From a virus (taxonomy: Duplodnaviria; Heunggongvirae; Uroviricota; Caudoviricetes): DNA of 64,000 bases. Below are positions 1 to 10,443 of the stretch, in pieces. The position numbers were made by a program, and so were the translations under genes. The stretch lies in the IMG/VR virus record IMGVR_UViG_3300021138_000001; one strand, written 5' to 3'. The notes beneath the pieces are model-generated. The model made no database searches, was not told the DNA's origin, and saw only the letters and a program-made list of their open reading frames with translations. Each line of letters starts with the position of its first letter. Positions within the stretch are counted from its first letter, which is position 1.

Positions 1-1
1 G

Positions 2-1570
2 TCTATTCAACCAGAATGTGAAGGTGCAATTGATGATATTGTGAATGAAGCAATTGTTAAAGATGATAATCAAGAAATTGTAGATATTAATTTAGACAAT
101 TTAGACGTATCTACAAACATCAAAAATTTAATCATAGAAGAATGGAATAACGTAGCACTATTATTGAACATCAATAATTATGGCTATGAGGTATTCAGAC
201 GTTGGTATATTGATGGTAGACTATATTACCATGTAATGATTGATGAAACAAATCCTCGTGCTGGTATTCAGGAATTGAGATATATCGATCCTAGAACTAT
301 CAGAAAAATCAAAGCAATCAAAAGAGAACGTCGCGGCAATACGTTTGTCAATATTACCGCACAAGAATTTTATATGTATAATGAACGCGGTTTCCGTGGT
401 GCTACTGCTACCGGTATGGATAATCAAGGAATAAGAATTTCTAAGGACTCCATTGTTCAAGTTACATCTGGTCTTATGGATAAAGACAATCGTCTAGTTC
501 TAGGCTATCTTCACAAGGCAATTAAGCCACTAAACCAACTTCGTATGTTGGAAGACGCAACAGTAATTTATCGTATTTCTCGCGCACCAGAGCGTCGTAT
601 TTTCTATATTGACGTAGGCAACCTTCCAAAGATGAAGGCTGAACAATATGTTAAGGATATGATGACTCGTCATAAGAATCGTCTAGTATATGACGCCACA
701 ACAGGTGAAGTAAGAGACGACAGAAAGTTTATGACAATGCTTGAAGACTATTGGCTACCTCGTCGTGAAGGTGGTCGTGGTACAGAAATTTCAACATTAC
801 CATCTGGGCAAAATCTAGGCGAGCTTTCCGACGTTAATTACTTCCAAAAGAAACTTTATAAGTCTCTAAATGTTCCTATGTCAAGAATCGATTCAGATTC
901 TACTGGGTTTAATATGGGACGCGCAGCCGAAATTACTCAAGATGAACTAAAGTTCCAAAAGTATATCAACCGCCTTCATATCAGATTCTCTCAATTGTTT
1001 ATGTTAGCTTTAGAAAAGCAACTACTATTGAAGGCAATTATTACATCAGAAGATTGGGAAAATTTCAAGAATAAGATTCACTTCAATTTCAAGAAAGACA
1101 ATTATCATTCTGAATTGAAAGATGCTGAAATTCTTCGTGAAAGACTTAGTACACTTCAACTATTAGACCCATATGTAGGAATCTTCTATTCTCAAGAATG
1201 GATTAAGAAGAACATTCTAATGCAATCTGAAGAAGACATTTCTACTATGAAAAAGCAAATGGAATCTGAAGAAATATTTCCATTAAGTGCTCTTGCTCAA
1301 ATGCAAGCACAAGAAGATGAAGAGGCCCAAGCTGAAGCCGAAAGAAAACCACCAGAAAAAAAAGAAACTCCTAAAAAGAGCAACACTAAGTCGAAATCAA
1401 CTAAACCACCAGTAAAGCATAGTGTTGGGGGTAGAGCTACAAGTGGTGGTGATCCCGTAAGAACAGAGATTGTTAACGCAGGAAGTGGTCCATATACAAG
1501 AAATATGCCTGAAAAGTACTTCGACTGGAAGAAGCCTTTACTAAAGGCAAAAGCAAAAAATACTAAATAG
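2..1570 (+). CDS. gp20: Portal vertex protein, 5'-truncated by window edge
   Basis: Frame open from base 2; T4 gp20 motifs (RRWYIDGRLYYH, LEDATVIYRISRAPERRIFYIDVGNLPK, EDYWLPRREGGRGTEISTLP). Confidence 0.97.
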   Translation, partial: SIQPECEGAIDDIVNEAIVKDDNQEIVDINLDNLDVSTNIKNLIIEEWNNVALLLNINNYGYEVFRRWYIDGRLYYHVMIDETNPRAGIQELRYIDPRTIRKIKAIKRERRGNTFVNITAQEFYMYNERGFRGATATGMDNQGIRISKDSIVQVTSGLMDKDNRLVLGYLHKAIKPLNQLRMLEDATVIYRISRAPERRIFYIDVGNLPKMKAEQYVKDMMTRHKNRLVYDATTGEVRDDRKFMTMLEDYWLPRREGGRGTEISTLPSGQNLGELSDVNYFQKKLYKSLNVPMSRIDSDSTGFNMGRAAEITQDELKFQKYINRLHIRFSQLFMLALEKQLLLKAIITSEDWENFKNKIHFNFKKDNYHSELKDAEILRERLSTLQLLDPYVGIFYSQEWIKKNILMQSEEDISTMKKQMESEEIFPLSALAQMQAQEDEEAQAEAERKPPEKKETPKKSNTKSKSTKPPVKHSVGGRATSGGDPVRTEIVNAGSGPYTRNMPEKYFDWKKPLLKAKAKNTK

Positions 1571-1593
1571 ATTATAAAATTAGGAGTTTAATT

Positions 1594-1773
1594 ATGCCTT
1601 ATACGACAGACAATATTGTAGATTATATCATGGATAAGGATCATCTGAGTGTAAAAGCTGCTGTAGACGATATTATGGCAAGTAAGATTCAAGATGCTCT
1701 AGAACTCCGTAGAGAATATGTTGGCCAATCCATGTTTAATCCAAGTTCAGAGGAAACAGATGACTCAGAATAA
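1594..1773 (+). CDS. Small prohead core protein (gp67-like), 59 aa, below ORF-track cutoff
   Basis: AGGAG RBS then MPYTTDNIVDYIMDKDHLSVKAAVDDIMASKIQDALELRREYVGQSMF; sits after gp20 as in T4-like phages. Confidence 0.7.
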   Translation: MPYTTDNIVDYIMDKDHLSVKAAVDDIMASKIQDALELRREYVGQSMFNPSSEETDDSE

Positions 1774-2461
1774 TACTGATCTTCAAGAAGTAGAAGACCC
1801 AAAGGCAAAATATTATGAGCCAAAACCAGAAGGCGAAAAGGCTTTCTGGAAGACTCATATTGTAAAGAAGCATCTACACCCTGTAGCTGATGATGCGCAA
1901 TTTAATGGTTCTAATGTAGCCAAAGATAAGACAAGAAAAGCTGATAAGTCTGATCTTCCAGAAGAAAAAATGTCTTCTCCAGAAAAGAAGAAACGCGAAG
2001 AAGTTGTTAAGGCAATGAAGGATAAGACTGCTGAATTCAAAGCCAAGTATGGTGATCGCTGGAAGGACGTTATGTATGCTACAGCAACCAAACAAGCTAT
2101 GGGAGAAGAAGCACTAGATGAAGACTCTCAAGCCGCTTCTTCAGATAGCCCAAGTTCTGGTGGTGGTGGGCCAACAGCAGGTTCGATTGATCCAACATCA
2201 CATATTCAACATGGCCAACCTGTTCCTATGGCTAAAGGCAATTCTATTAAGGAGATGTTAGAGAAGATCGCACTACAAGCTGCAGAACTTCATGATTCTC
2301 TTGGTGAAAATCCAGAATTACAAGATTGGGCTAAGCAAAAGCTTGGCGAAAGCAGAGAATGTCTACAATCTGTTTACAAGCATATTAAGTCTGGCTCAAA
2401 GAACAATGAAGGCCAAAAAGATCCAATGGCCGGTCATCCTGATGCTGGAGGAAAAGTATAA
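1760..2461 (+). CDS. Prohead core/head-associated protein
   Basis: ATG 1760 preceded by GAGGA; charged protein between gp20 and gp21. Confidence 0.6.
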   Translation: MTQNNTDLQEVEDPKAKYYEPKPEGEKAFWKTHIVKKHLHPVADDAQFNGSNVAKDKTRKADKSDLPEEKMSSPEKKKREEVVKAMKDKTAEFKAKYGDRWKDVMYATATKQAMGEEALDEDSQAASSDSPSSGGGGPTAGSIDPTSHIQHGQPVPMAKGNSIKEMLEKIALQAAELHDSLGENPELQDWAKQKLGESRECLQSVYKHIKSGSKNNEGQKDPMAGHPDAGGKV

Positions 2462-2802
2462 TGGCAATTATTCAAAATAGATCATTAGGACATGCAGTAA
2501 CTTTAGATGTAGCCAATAGTACATATAGCTGCAATTCATTTGCCGTTCCAAACAGTTCAGTAGAAACAGTAACTGGACTTGCTGTTACTAAAATTCTTTG
2601 GACTGGTCCTTGGACAATTTCAATTGGTTCAAATCTAATCTTTCAAACTTCAAACAACGAAGGCGTTTGGGATTTAAATTCTATGGGCATTTCTCTTGGT
2701 GGGTATGCTGGCGCAAATCTTAATGTAAATACTACATCTACTACGGCAACATTAATTCTAAATGTTGCTAAGCAATCATCCACTATTGCATCTACTTGGT
2801 AA
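2461..2802 (+). CDS. Conserved head-module hypothetical protein
   Basis: TAATG overlap with upstream gene; beta-rich 113 aa; position in head operon. Confidence 0.6.
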   Translation: MAIIQNRSLGHAVTLDVANSTYSCNSFAVPNSSVETVTGLAVTKILWTGPWTISIGSNLIFQTSNNEGVWDLNSMGISLGGYAGANLNVNTTSTTATLILNVAKQSSTIASTW

Positions 2803-2812
2803 GGATAAAACG

Positions 2813-3472
2813 ATGAAGCTTATTTGCGAAACATTAGAAGACGTTTCAATCATCAAGGAAGCCAGAGAAGACGGCAAGAAGAATTTCTACATTGAGGGAC
2901 CATTCCTAATGGGGGATATTCCAAATAGAAATGGTAGAATTTATGAAAGCCGAATTCTAGCTAAAGAAGTTGCAAGATATACTAAGAATTACATTAAGGA
3001 AAATAGAGCATATGGCGAACTAGGCCATCCTGCTGGTCCAACAATTAATCTTGATCGTGTCTCACACATTATCACAAGCCTTCATCAAGAAGGTTCTAAT
3101 TTCATCGGTAAAGCTAAGATTACAGAAACCCCAATGGGAGACATCGTAAAGGGTCTTCTAGAATCTGGGGGTAAACTTGGCGTTTCTTCTCGTGGTATGG
3201 GTACAGTAACTAGAAGAAAAGATGGTATCATGGAAGTTGGAGAAGACTTCATGTTAGCAACCGCTGCTGATATTGTCGCTGATCCATCAGCACATATTGC
3301 CTATGTTGAATCTGTTGTTGAAGGTCTAGACTGGGTCTATGACGCAGCATCAGGAAACTGGAAAGCAATGAAAGAATTGGAAATTCAAAAAGAACATATC
3401 GCAAAGTCTTCAATGAAGAAAATTAATGAAGAAAAGATAAGACTTTTTGAGCGTTTCCTTCGTACACTATAA
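2813..3472 (+). CDS. gp21: Prohead core scaffold protease
   Basis: Start MKLICE after AAGGA; motifs NRNGRIY, GELGHP, KLGVSSRGMG, DIVADPS. Confidence 0.96.
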   Translation: MKLICETLEDVSIIKEAREDGKKNFYIEGPFLMGDIPNRNGRIYESRILAKEVARYTKNYIKENRAYGELGHPAGPTINLDRVSHIITSLHQEGSNFIGKAKITETPMGDIVKGLLESGGKLGVSSRGMGTVTRRKDGIMEVGEDFMLATAADIVADPSAHIAYVESVVEGLDWVYDAASGNWKAMKELEIQKEHIAKSSMKKINEEKIRLFERFLRTL

Positions 3473-3494
3473 TAAATCTTAAAAAAACAATTTA

Positions 3495-3502
3495 TATAAA
3501 TA
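3495..3502 (+). promoter_or_regulatory. T4-type late promoter TATAAATA
   Basis: Exact motif upstream of gp22. Confidence 0.85.
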
Positions 3503-3533
3503 ATTAATAATCTTTCCAAAAGGAGTAGTTAAA

Positions 3534-4691
3534 ATGGCAGGTAAGAAAAATATTAGTGCGGAAACTCTAGATGAAGTGACTGCATCAGACGGCATCAGCC
3601 ATACTGCTGATCCGTATGCATCTGGGGATTCATCACGTTCTGCTGACAAGAGTGCTGGAGAATCAAGCTATTCTTCTTCAACAAAGTCTGAAGTACTTAG
3701 CGCCATCATGAATCATATTGGTGGTTTAGATAAGGGCGCTCTAGGTAACATTTATAAGGGTCTTCAAGGCGCTTCTGGTTCAGCTACTCGTGCAGCCGAT
3801 AAGTCTGGTGGAGAAGGTTCACAATTGCGCATTTCAGTTTCAGACGCAGACCCAGTAACTGGCGCAAAACTAGCAAACGCTGGTGGTTCTGCTCCAACAA
3901 CACATAATACAACAACCGGTAAGGGTGAAAGGGGGCAAATTCGCCTTTCACCAACTTCAGTAGTTGCTAAGGAAGACGTAGAAGAAATTTTTGGTGGTGA
4001 TGAGCTATCAGAAGAACTAAAGGAAAAGGCAACTGTAGTATTCGAAGCGGCAATTAGTGCTCGCCTAGTTTCAGAAGTTGCTCGTCTAGAAGAAGAATTT
4101 GAAACACGTCTTGAAGAATCAGTAGAATCAATTCGTGGAGAAATTGTTGAAAATGTAGATAAGTATCTCTCTTATGCCGTTGAACAGTGGATTGAAGAGA
4201 ACCAAGTAGCTATTGATACCGGATTAAAGAACGAAATGGCAGAAGAATTTATGTCTGGCCTAAAGAGTCTATTTGAAGCAAATTATATCGACATCCCAGA
4301 AACTAAGGTCGATGTAGTTGCTGAAATGGTAGAAAAGATTGAAGAACTAGAGCTTCGTCTAAATGAAGAAATCGAAAAGAACATTTCTCTACAAGAAGAA
4401 ACAGAAGTTCTTCAAGTAGAAGAAATTTTTTCAACAGCGGTAGAAGGACTAGCAAAGACACAAGCTGAAAAGCTTCGTGATCTAGCAGAAGGTATTTCTT
4501 ACCAAACTGTAGAAGAATTTGAAAAGAAAATCAATATCATTAAAGAAACTTACTTCCCATCATCACAAAAGTCAACTTCAATTACTACACTAACAGAAGA
4601 AGTTGGATATGATGATGAAGAAGTATCAGATTCTGCAACCGGTCCAATGGCTGCTTATATTCAAGCCGTATCTAGACAAGTCAAAAACTAA
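3534..4691 (+). CDS. gp22: Prohead core scaffold protein
   Basis: Acidic coiled coil, VDKYLSYAVEQW and FMSGLKSLFE motifs; between gp21 and gp23. Confidence 0.93.
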   Translation: MAGKKNISAETLDEVTASDGISHTADPYASGDSSRSADKSAGESSYSSSTKSEVLSAIMNHIGGLDKGALGNIYKGLQGASGSATRAADKSGGEGSQLRISVSDADPVTGAKLANAGGSAPTTHNTTTGKGERGQIRLSPTSVVAKEDVEEIFGGDELSEELKEKATVVFEAAISARLVSEVARLEEEFETRLEESVESIRGEIVENVDKYLSYAVEQWIEENQVAIDTGLKNEMAEEFMSGLKSLFEANYIDIPETKVDVVAEMVEKIEELELRLNEEIEKNISLQEETEVLQVEEIFSTAVEGLAKTQAEKLRDLAEGISYQTVEEFEKKINIIKETYFPSSQKSTSITTLTEEVGYDDEEVSDSATGPMAAYIQAVSRQVKN

Positions 4692-4696
4692 ATTTC

Positions 4697-4704
4697 TATA
4701 AATA
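4697..4704 (+). promoter_or_regulatory. T4-type late promoter TATAAATA
   Basis: Exact motif upstream of gp23. Confidence 0.85.
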
Positions 4705-4736
4705 TAATTGACCCAATAAGGAAAAGGGAGAGAAAA

Positions 4737-6086
4737 ATGTATCTAAACGAGGAAATTCAAAAGAAGTGGAAGCCACTAATTGAGCACTCTGAGCTTGCTC
4801 CAATTACTGACTCACACAAGCGTTCTGTAACCGCTCAGCTTCTAGAAAATACAGAAGCTGCTATGGCTCAAGAAGGCGGATCATCTTTCGGTTCACTACT
4901 TGAAACAACTGGTGGTTCTCCAACATCACTAACCGGCGGTTCAGCTAACTACGATCCAGTACTTATCTCACTAGTACGTCGTGCTCTACCAAACCTAATC
5001 GCATATGACATCTGCGGCGTTCAGCCAATGACAGGTCCAACCGGCCTAATCTTTGCTCTACGTCCACAGTATGACTCACAGTCAGGTGCAAACGCATTCT
5101 ACTATGAAGCCAACACTGGACAATCAACATATGGCATGGGCGCTCTTAATGGCTCACAAGCTGTTGGTAACACCGCTGGTAACTGGGGTGGTATCTATGC
5201 TGTTAACACTTCAACTGTTGTTTCAGGCAGCAATACTACATATAACTTCGCTGGTGGTGCTAACACAGCCGTTGCCGAAGCTCTAGGTACTTCTGGTGGT
5301 GCTAACCTTGACTTCAATCAAATGGCCTTCTCAATCGATAAGGTCACTGTTTCTGCCAAGTCACGCGCTCTAAAGGCTGAGTATTCAATCGAACTAGCAC
5401 AAGACCTAAAGGCAATCCATGGTCTAGACGCCGAAACAGAACTTTCAACAATTCTATCTGCTGAAATTCTGTCAGAAATCAACCGCGAAATTGTTCGTAC
5501 AATCAACCTAACAGCTACAGCCGGTGCTGCTGATACTACATCAGCCGGTACTTTCGATCTAGACGTTGACTCAAACGGACGTTGGTCAGTTGAAAAGTTC
5601 AAGGGTCTAATGTTCCAAGTTGAACGCGAAGCTAACCTAATCGCCAAGAATACACGTCGTGGTAAGGGTAATATCCTAATCTGTTCTTCAGATGTGGCTT
5701 CTGCTCTACAAATGGCTGGCGTTCTAGATTACGCTCCTGCTCTAAACTCAAACAACCTACAAGTTGATGACACTGGCAATACCTTCGCCGGTATTCTAAA
5801 CGGACGCATTCGCGTTTATGTTGACCCATATGCTGGTGGTCATTATATGACTGTTGGTTATAAGGGTGCATCAGCATTCGACGCAGGTCTATTCTACTGC
5901 CCATACGTTCCACTACAAATGGTTCGTGCAGTTGGACAAGACTCATTCCAACCAAAGATTGGGTTCAAGACTCGTTACGGAGTTGTTGCTAACCCATTCT
6001 CACGTGGTGCAAACGGTTCAGACGGTACACTAGTACAAAATGTAAACGTTTATTACCGCCGCGTGTTGGTAAATAATATCCTATAA
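4737..6086 (+). CDS. gp23: Major capsid protein
   Basis: LVRRALPNLIAYDICGVQPMTGPTGLIFA, KSRALKAEYSIELAQDLKAIHGLDAE, YCPYVPLQM motifs. Confidence 0.99.
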   Translation: MYLNEEIQKKWKPLIEHSELAPITDSHKRSVTAQLLENTEAAMAQEGGSSFGSLLETTGGSPTSLTGGSANYDPVLISLVRRALPNLIAYDICGVQPMTGPTGLIFALRPQYDSQSGANAFYYEANTGQSTYGMGALNGSQAVGNTAGNWGGIYAVNTSTVVSGSNTTYNFAGGANTAVAEALGTSGGANLDFNQMAFSIDKVTVSAKSRALKAEYSIELAQDLKAIHGLDAETELSTILSAEILSEINREIVRTINLTATAGAADTTSAGTFDLDVDSNGRWSVEKFKGLMFQVEREANLIAKNTRRGKGNILICSSDVASALQMAGVLDYAPALNSNNLQVDDTGNTFAGILNGRIRVYVDPYAGGHYMTVGYKGASAFDAGLFYCPYVPLQMVRAVGQDSFQPKIGFKTRYGVVANPFSRGANGSDGTLVQNVNVYYRRVLVNNIL

Positions 6087-6117
6087 AATATATACTTTTA
6101 TAACTTTTATATAAATA

Positions 6118-6148
6118 GGGGTGGTAGGGAAACTTACCACCCTTTTTT
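6118..6148 (+). terminator. Rho-independent terminator after gp23
   Basis: GGGTGGTA/TACCACCC stem followed by T-run. Confidence 0.8.
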
Positions 6149-6198
6149 ATGGAGAATTATATATCTAAAATTAGAGCAACAAGCTGAATATAATATAG

Positions 6199-7593
6199 CT
6201 ATTCTAACACAAATGTTATTGTACCACAATTCCATATTTTTCCGATATTCAACAATTTTGTTATTTGTTTCTCTGACATATTCTGATCAAAGTCTTTTAG
6301 TTTGGATTTTGTAAATTGTGTTCTAGGTACTCGTTTTGAATAATGGTCAATTACATACCAATATGATGGTGGGTTTTCGTGTGATTTTTTGAACCCATTC
6401 TTTATATAAACATTTCCATCAGAATAGCTTCTATCGGCATATGACACAATGCTTCCTGAAAAGCTTTTTCTAAAATAAGATAAAAGTTTAGAAAAACCTC
6501 CAACGACATTAGTATTTAAAATAGTACAATATCTAACCAATTCCCAATCATATTTTTTGTTGAATCTTGGCTTATTAAATGTCATTACTGCAACCAGAGA
6601 ACCTTGATTATATAAGCCGAGATTAACAGAAGATTTTGAGTAGGACTGAATGTGGTTTTTATTTGCAAAGTCTTTGGCTATATGTGGAATTATCTCTTTA
6701 ATTTCACACTTCCTCGCAAAGATCTTTTCTTTTGTCCCCTGTAGTTTGTTGGAAATCATAGACTTAATTTTATCTTTCTGAAATTTCCAATCATCTTCCC
6801 ACACATGAAGAAGAAAGATACCTCTGTCAGCACACAAGTTAGTCTTATTAAAGTGTAGTAGTTTTTCTTTAAATTCTTCGGTATGATAATATAACCCATT
6901 ATATTCAATTGCAAACTTTAGTTCAGGAATTAATATATCTAATTCTTTACCAATATATCCCACACCATTAGAGACAATATTCAAGTCTGGTCTGATACTT
7001 TTCACATAATCTAATACTTCAAGTTCTCCTATAGAAATTTTCTTATGATTTCGTTCATATGAATTAGGATTTCTTGTTATAATACCATGTTTTTGCATAA
7101 ATTTAGATACAGTAGCCTTTGATGTTCCAAGAAGGTCTGCAATTTCTTGAAGTTTGTTTCCTTTGTCATATATGTCTTGAATATATTCTTTATTTCCTAA
7201 AAGCATCTTGGTAGTGTGTTCAGATTCATTTAACCTGATATGAGGAATATTGTGATACTTTATCCACTTAGTTACGGGCGCTATAGATATCCCAAGACTT
7301 TCTGCAATATTTTCAATTGATTTTCTTTGGATAATTCTTTGATCAAATAACCAATTTTTATCCGACAGTTTCAACAAACTATTTTCAGAAATTCTAGACT
7401 TTGCATTTTTCTTGTTGGCTTGTTGAGAAGCTTCCTTATGGCTCTTTCTTTCAATGCCATAATCAATCAACCATTTTCGCACAGTTGGGTTGGAAGTACA
7501 ATAGATTCTAGCCAATTCGGAAATAGATACCCCAGATTGGTTATATTGTTCTTGCAATTCTTCTTTATTTGGTGTTTCTTTTTTATGGCTCAT
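6199..7593 (-). mobile_element. Putative homing endonuclease (three HTH repeats, DUF559/Hef-like PD-(D/E)xK domain, C-terminal GNAT-like domain)
   Basis: Three repeats of type SISELA..Y..S..TVRKW; ELDILIPELKFAIEYNGLYYH; freestanding, antisense to gp23. Confidence 0.7.
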
Positions 7594-7673
7594 GCGATTT
7601 TATGTCTAAGTTTAATAAATACTAAATAGAATATAACTACAATCAAGATAAATAAAAATATCTAGATTAACTT

Positions 7674-7702
7674 GGGGAAGGCTTCGGCCTTCCCCTTTTT
7701 TT
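7674..7702. terminator. Strong hairpin terminator
   Basis: GGGGAAGGC-TTCG-GCCTTCCCC followed by T7. Confidence 0.85.
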
Positions 7703-7704
7703 GT

Positions 7705-8244
7705 TTAATCGTGGTCGTATTCGTTTACGTAATTCTCATCCTTAGTTAGAATAACTTGAACGTGATTACCAAAAACTTGTTCAAGAATTTCTGGATTTTT
7801 CTGGATGACAGTCTTAAAGGCTTCACATTTTTCTGTTACACCAGGATACTTTTCCTGGGTTGCTAGGTATTCCGCATATTTTTCTGGATTATGCTTTTCG
7901 TAATATTCCTTAGTCCAAGAACCCCAAAGTTCTGCCTTAACATATAGATCATCATCTTCATATTCATAAACATCCAGAACATCTTCAGGCTCAAACCCCT
8001 CTAGAATAAAGATAGGTTCATTTACGCTAAAGACACAGTCATCACCATCATTAAAATAAGGTGTATATTGGGTCCAAGCTACAGCCTGTACAGGAACTTC
8101 TTCAAAGAATGCCTTAGTAATATTCTTAAATTCTGACTGAAGCTTTTCTTGATATGACTTACGCATAATTTCAAGCTCAGCATTCATATCATTAATCTTA
8201 TTAGTAATATCTGTAAAGTTTATCATAATATATCTCCTAATCAA
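7705..8244 (-). CDS. Conserved phage hypothetical protein
   Basis: WTQYTPYFNDGD.CVF motif; 179-aa ORF in gene run. Confidence 0.6.
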   Translation of the reverse strand: MIRRYIMINFTDITNKINDMNAELEIMRKSYQEKLQSEFKNITKAFFEEVPVQAVAWTQYTPYFNDGDDCVFSVNEPIFILEGFEPEDVLDVYEYEDDDLYVKAELWGSWTKEYYEKHNPEKYAEYLATQEKYPGVTEKCEAFKTVIQKNPEILEQVFGNHVQVILTKDENYVNEYDHD

Positions 8245-8584
8245 TGTTTTCAGATTTAGTTCGTTTGTGGGTTCCGCTCATCCAAGGTTCAAGCGGCAAA
8301 TCTCTAAGCCAACGCTCCACGGTTGGAATAAAACCTAGATCATCTTGAATATGTTCTTCCGCTACATCGCGTACAGAAACATCTTTTCCTTGGGTGTTGG
8401 TAATATAAACACCAAATACTTGTTCAGCTAAATAACACCCTAAGCTAGAATGAAGAATTGCTCTATGTCTAACATCAGGCATCGCAACTTTAGACTGATC
8501 AATAAAGTTGTGGATTGGTAGATAATCCTCTGGAATTCCACCATGACGCTTGGCAGAAATCTTAGCATGGATCAGGGGTTTCAT
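8237..8584 (-). CDS. Conserved hypothetical protein (DUF6915-like, His-rich)
   Basis: HAKISAKRHGG...HNFID.SK...RHRAILH...AEEHIQDD pattern. Confidence 0.65.
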   Translation of the reverse strand: MKPLIHAKISAKRHGGIPEDYLPIHNFIDQSKVAMPDVRHRAILHSSLGCYLAEQVFGVYITNTQGKDVSVRDVAEEHIQDDLGFIPTVERWLRDLPLEPWMSGTHKRTKSENID

Positions 8585-8785
8585 TTAAAAATCATCCTTA
8601 ACATAAATTTCAACACTAGTATCAGGCTCAATGTTATTCATGATATTATGAAGAAGCCATTCACGACAAATCTTCATATGATCATCTCTTTGCCAAACAA
8701 TTTTATCATGAGATAGTTCAACACAATCATTAGCGATAAAATAAATTAACTGTTCAGCAGTAAGATCATTTGTATATTTGCTCAC
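8585..8785 (-). CDS. Hypothetical protein
   Basis: ORF abutting neighbours in operon. Confidence 0.55.
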   Translation of the reverse strand: MSKYTNDLTAEQLIYFIANDCVELSHDKIVWQRDDHMKICREWLLHNIMNNIEPDTSVEIYVKDDF

Positions 8786-9342
8786 GAAATAGCCTTCCTC
8801 AAATCATCGATAGAAATTGGTGTATAATTGATCTGTTCTACAGATACATTAAAATATCGTGGATCATTATCATACATGGTCATATAGCATCCACCCGGCA
8901 TATACACTTCTCTTTCAATTGTAATACGATTTGCGTGTAGATGTCCATGAACATTTACCTTAAATCGGTCAGAAACACAATCTGGATGAAGAGGCATATG
9001 AGTTAGAATGAATTGATCGACAAATACGCGATATGCTGAGACTTCATAGAAATACTTTAGATATTCCTTTGAACCAAAAATATCATGATTGCCCATAATC
9101 AGACGTTTCTCACCATTTAGACGAGACATAATAGGAAGAGACTTCTTATTAATTACGACATCGCCAAGATGGTATACCTTATCATTCTTCTTGACTACTG
9201 AATTCCAGCGGTCAACCATAGCTTCATCCATTTCTTCGGCATTAGCAAAAGGACGTAGTGGAGTACCATCTTCTCGCTTGAATACCGTGCAGCACTTATC
9301 ATGCCCAAAATGGGTGTCAGAAATAAAAAAAGTATTTGACAT
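8782..9342 (-). CDS. Calcineurin-like metallophosphoesterase
   Basis: SDTHFGH, HLGDV, GNHD, VHGHLH motifs. Confidence 0.9.
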   Translation of the reverse strand: MSNTFFISDTHFGHDKCCTVFKREDGTPLRPFANAEEMDEAMVDRWNSVVKKNDKVYHLGDVVINKKSLPIMSRLNGEKRLIMGNHDIFGSKEYLKYFYEVSAYRVFVDQFILTHMPLHPDCVSDRFKVNVHGHLHANRITIEREVYMPGGCYMTMYDNDPRYFNVSVEQINYTPISIDDLRKAIS

Positions 9343-9346
9343 TAAA

Positions 9347-9601
9347 TTAATCTTTATATTTTAGGGTTAACCGCTTAATTGTACGTTGTGGGATAATTTC
9401 TTCAAGTTCTACAATTTCTAGATTATCATCAATATATTCGATAATAGAATCAAGTTCTGTATCAATAGCTAAAATAAATTCTGCACCCATCATGTATGTA
9501 AACGAAGATATATTAATCAAACTCTGAAGATATTCTCCCCATTCATCATTTGATATATCTACATATTCCTGTATCTTTCGAAGTTTTTCAATCATGTCCA
9601 T
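9347..9601 (-). CDS. Hypothetical protein
   Basis: Acidic 84-aa ORF in operon. Confidence 0.55.
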   Translation of the reverse strand: MDMIEKLRKIQEYVDISNDEWGEYLQSLINISSFTYMMGAEFILAIDTELDSIIEYIDDNLEIVELEEIIPQRTIKRLTLKYKD

Positions 9602-10014
9602 AGCGATCTATAATATTTGCCAAAAAGCCTTAGTCCATTATCAATTTTAGCAGAATGAGCCTCATAAGCTTCTTGATCAAACCCATTACTAAAATATTGA
9701 TGTTCCCATTCAGCATCAACAATTTCACCAAATGCCCATGTCATTTCAGCCAAAACCCATTTCCAACGAGAATGCCAATTTGAATCTATAGCCCAATCGA
9801 ATTCTTTAGGTTCAGAATTGGTAGAACGGAGTTCTACTGGAACATCCTCATCATCAACTGCAGGTGAACCATGCTTAGCATTTACCATCTTTTGTAGAAG
9901 GGGGTGAATAATTAGAGCTAGTGTATGGTCAGCATTCCATAAATCTTGATCATCAATTTGAACATCGACTCTACGTCCAGCATTCTTTTGATATTTACCA
10001 ATCTTAACTTTCAT
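9592..10014 (-). CDS. Conserved T4-like hypothetical protein
   Basis: DLWNADHTLALIIHP...KHGSP..DEDVP..LR...GLRLFGKYY..LW pattern. Confidence 0.6.
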   Translation of the reverse strand: MKVKIGKYQKNAGRRVDVQIDDQDLWNADHTLALIIHPLLQKMVNAKHGSPAVDDEDVPVELRSTNSEPKEFDWAIDSNWHSRWKWVLAEMTWAFGEIVDAEWEHQYFSNGFDQEAYEAHSAKIDNGLRLFGKYYRSLWT

Positions 10015-10025
10015 AACAAAATCTC

Positions 10026-10442
10026 CTAGTTCAATTCCAATATAATACCAGCTTCATTAAACATGTCAAGAGTGATATTCCAATTAAATGTATCTACACG
10101 GTCTGGTCTATAGGTTACTACCCTAGATATTCCATTTTGGATGATTGACATCGCACATTGGTTGCACGGAAGTAGAGGGACATACAGCGTACATCCTTCA
10201 ACCGAATGCGGGGCATTATCTAGCGCATTTCTTTCAGCATGACAAACGAATAAATGTTTTGTTGGTCTATCTTCATACCGACTCTCTAGGTCTTGAACAC
10301 CGCGAGGGAATCCGTTATATCCCATAGAAACAACGCGCTTTTTGTTATCAACAATTACAGCACCAACTTTCGTCCGTGGATCATAAGACCACTGACTAAT
10401 GTGTTCGGCTAGATCAAGAAACCGCTTATCCCACTTATTCAT
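10026..10442 (-). CDS. dCMP deaminase
   Basis: KVGAVIV, GYNGFPRG, HAERNA, PCNQC zinc motifs. Confidence 0.92.
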   Translation of the reverse strand: MNKWDKRFLDLAEHISQWSYDPRTKVGAVIVDNKKRVVSMGYNGFPRGVQDLESRYEDRPTKHLFVCHAERNALDNAPHSVEGCTLYVPLLPCNQCAMSIIQNGISRVVTYRPDRVDTFNWNITLDMFNEAGIILELN

Positions 10443-10443
10443 A

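Noticed and set aside
5053-5955. Alternate-frame and antisense ORFs inside gp23
   Set aside because: A by-product of strong codon bias in the capsid gene.
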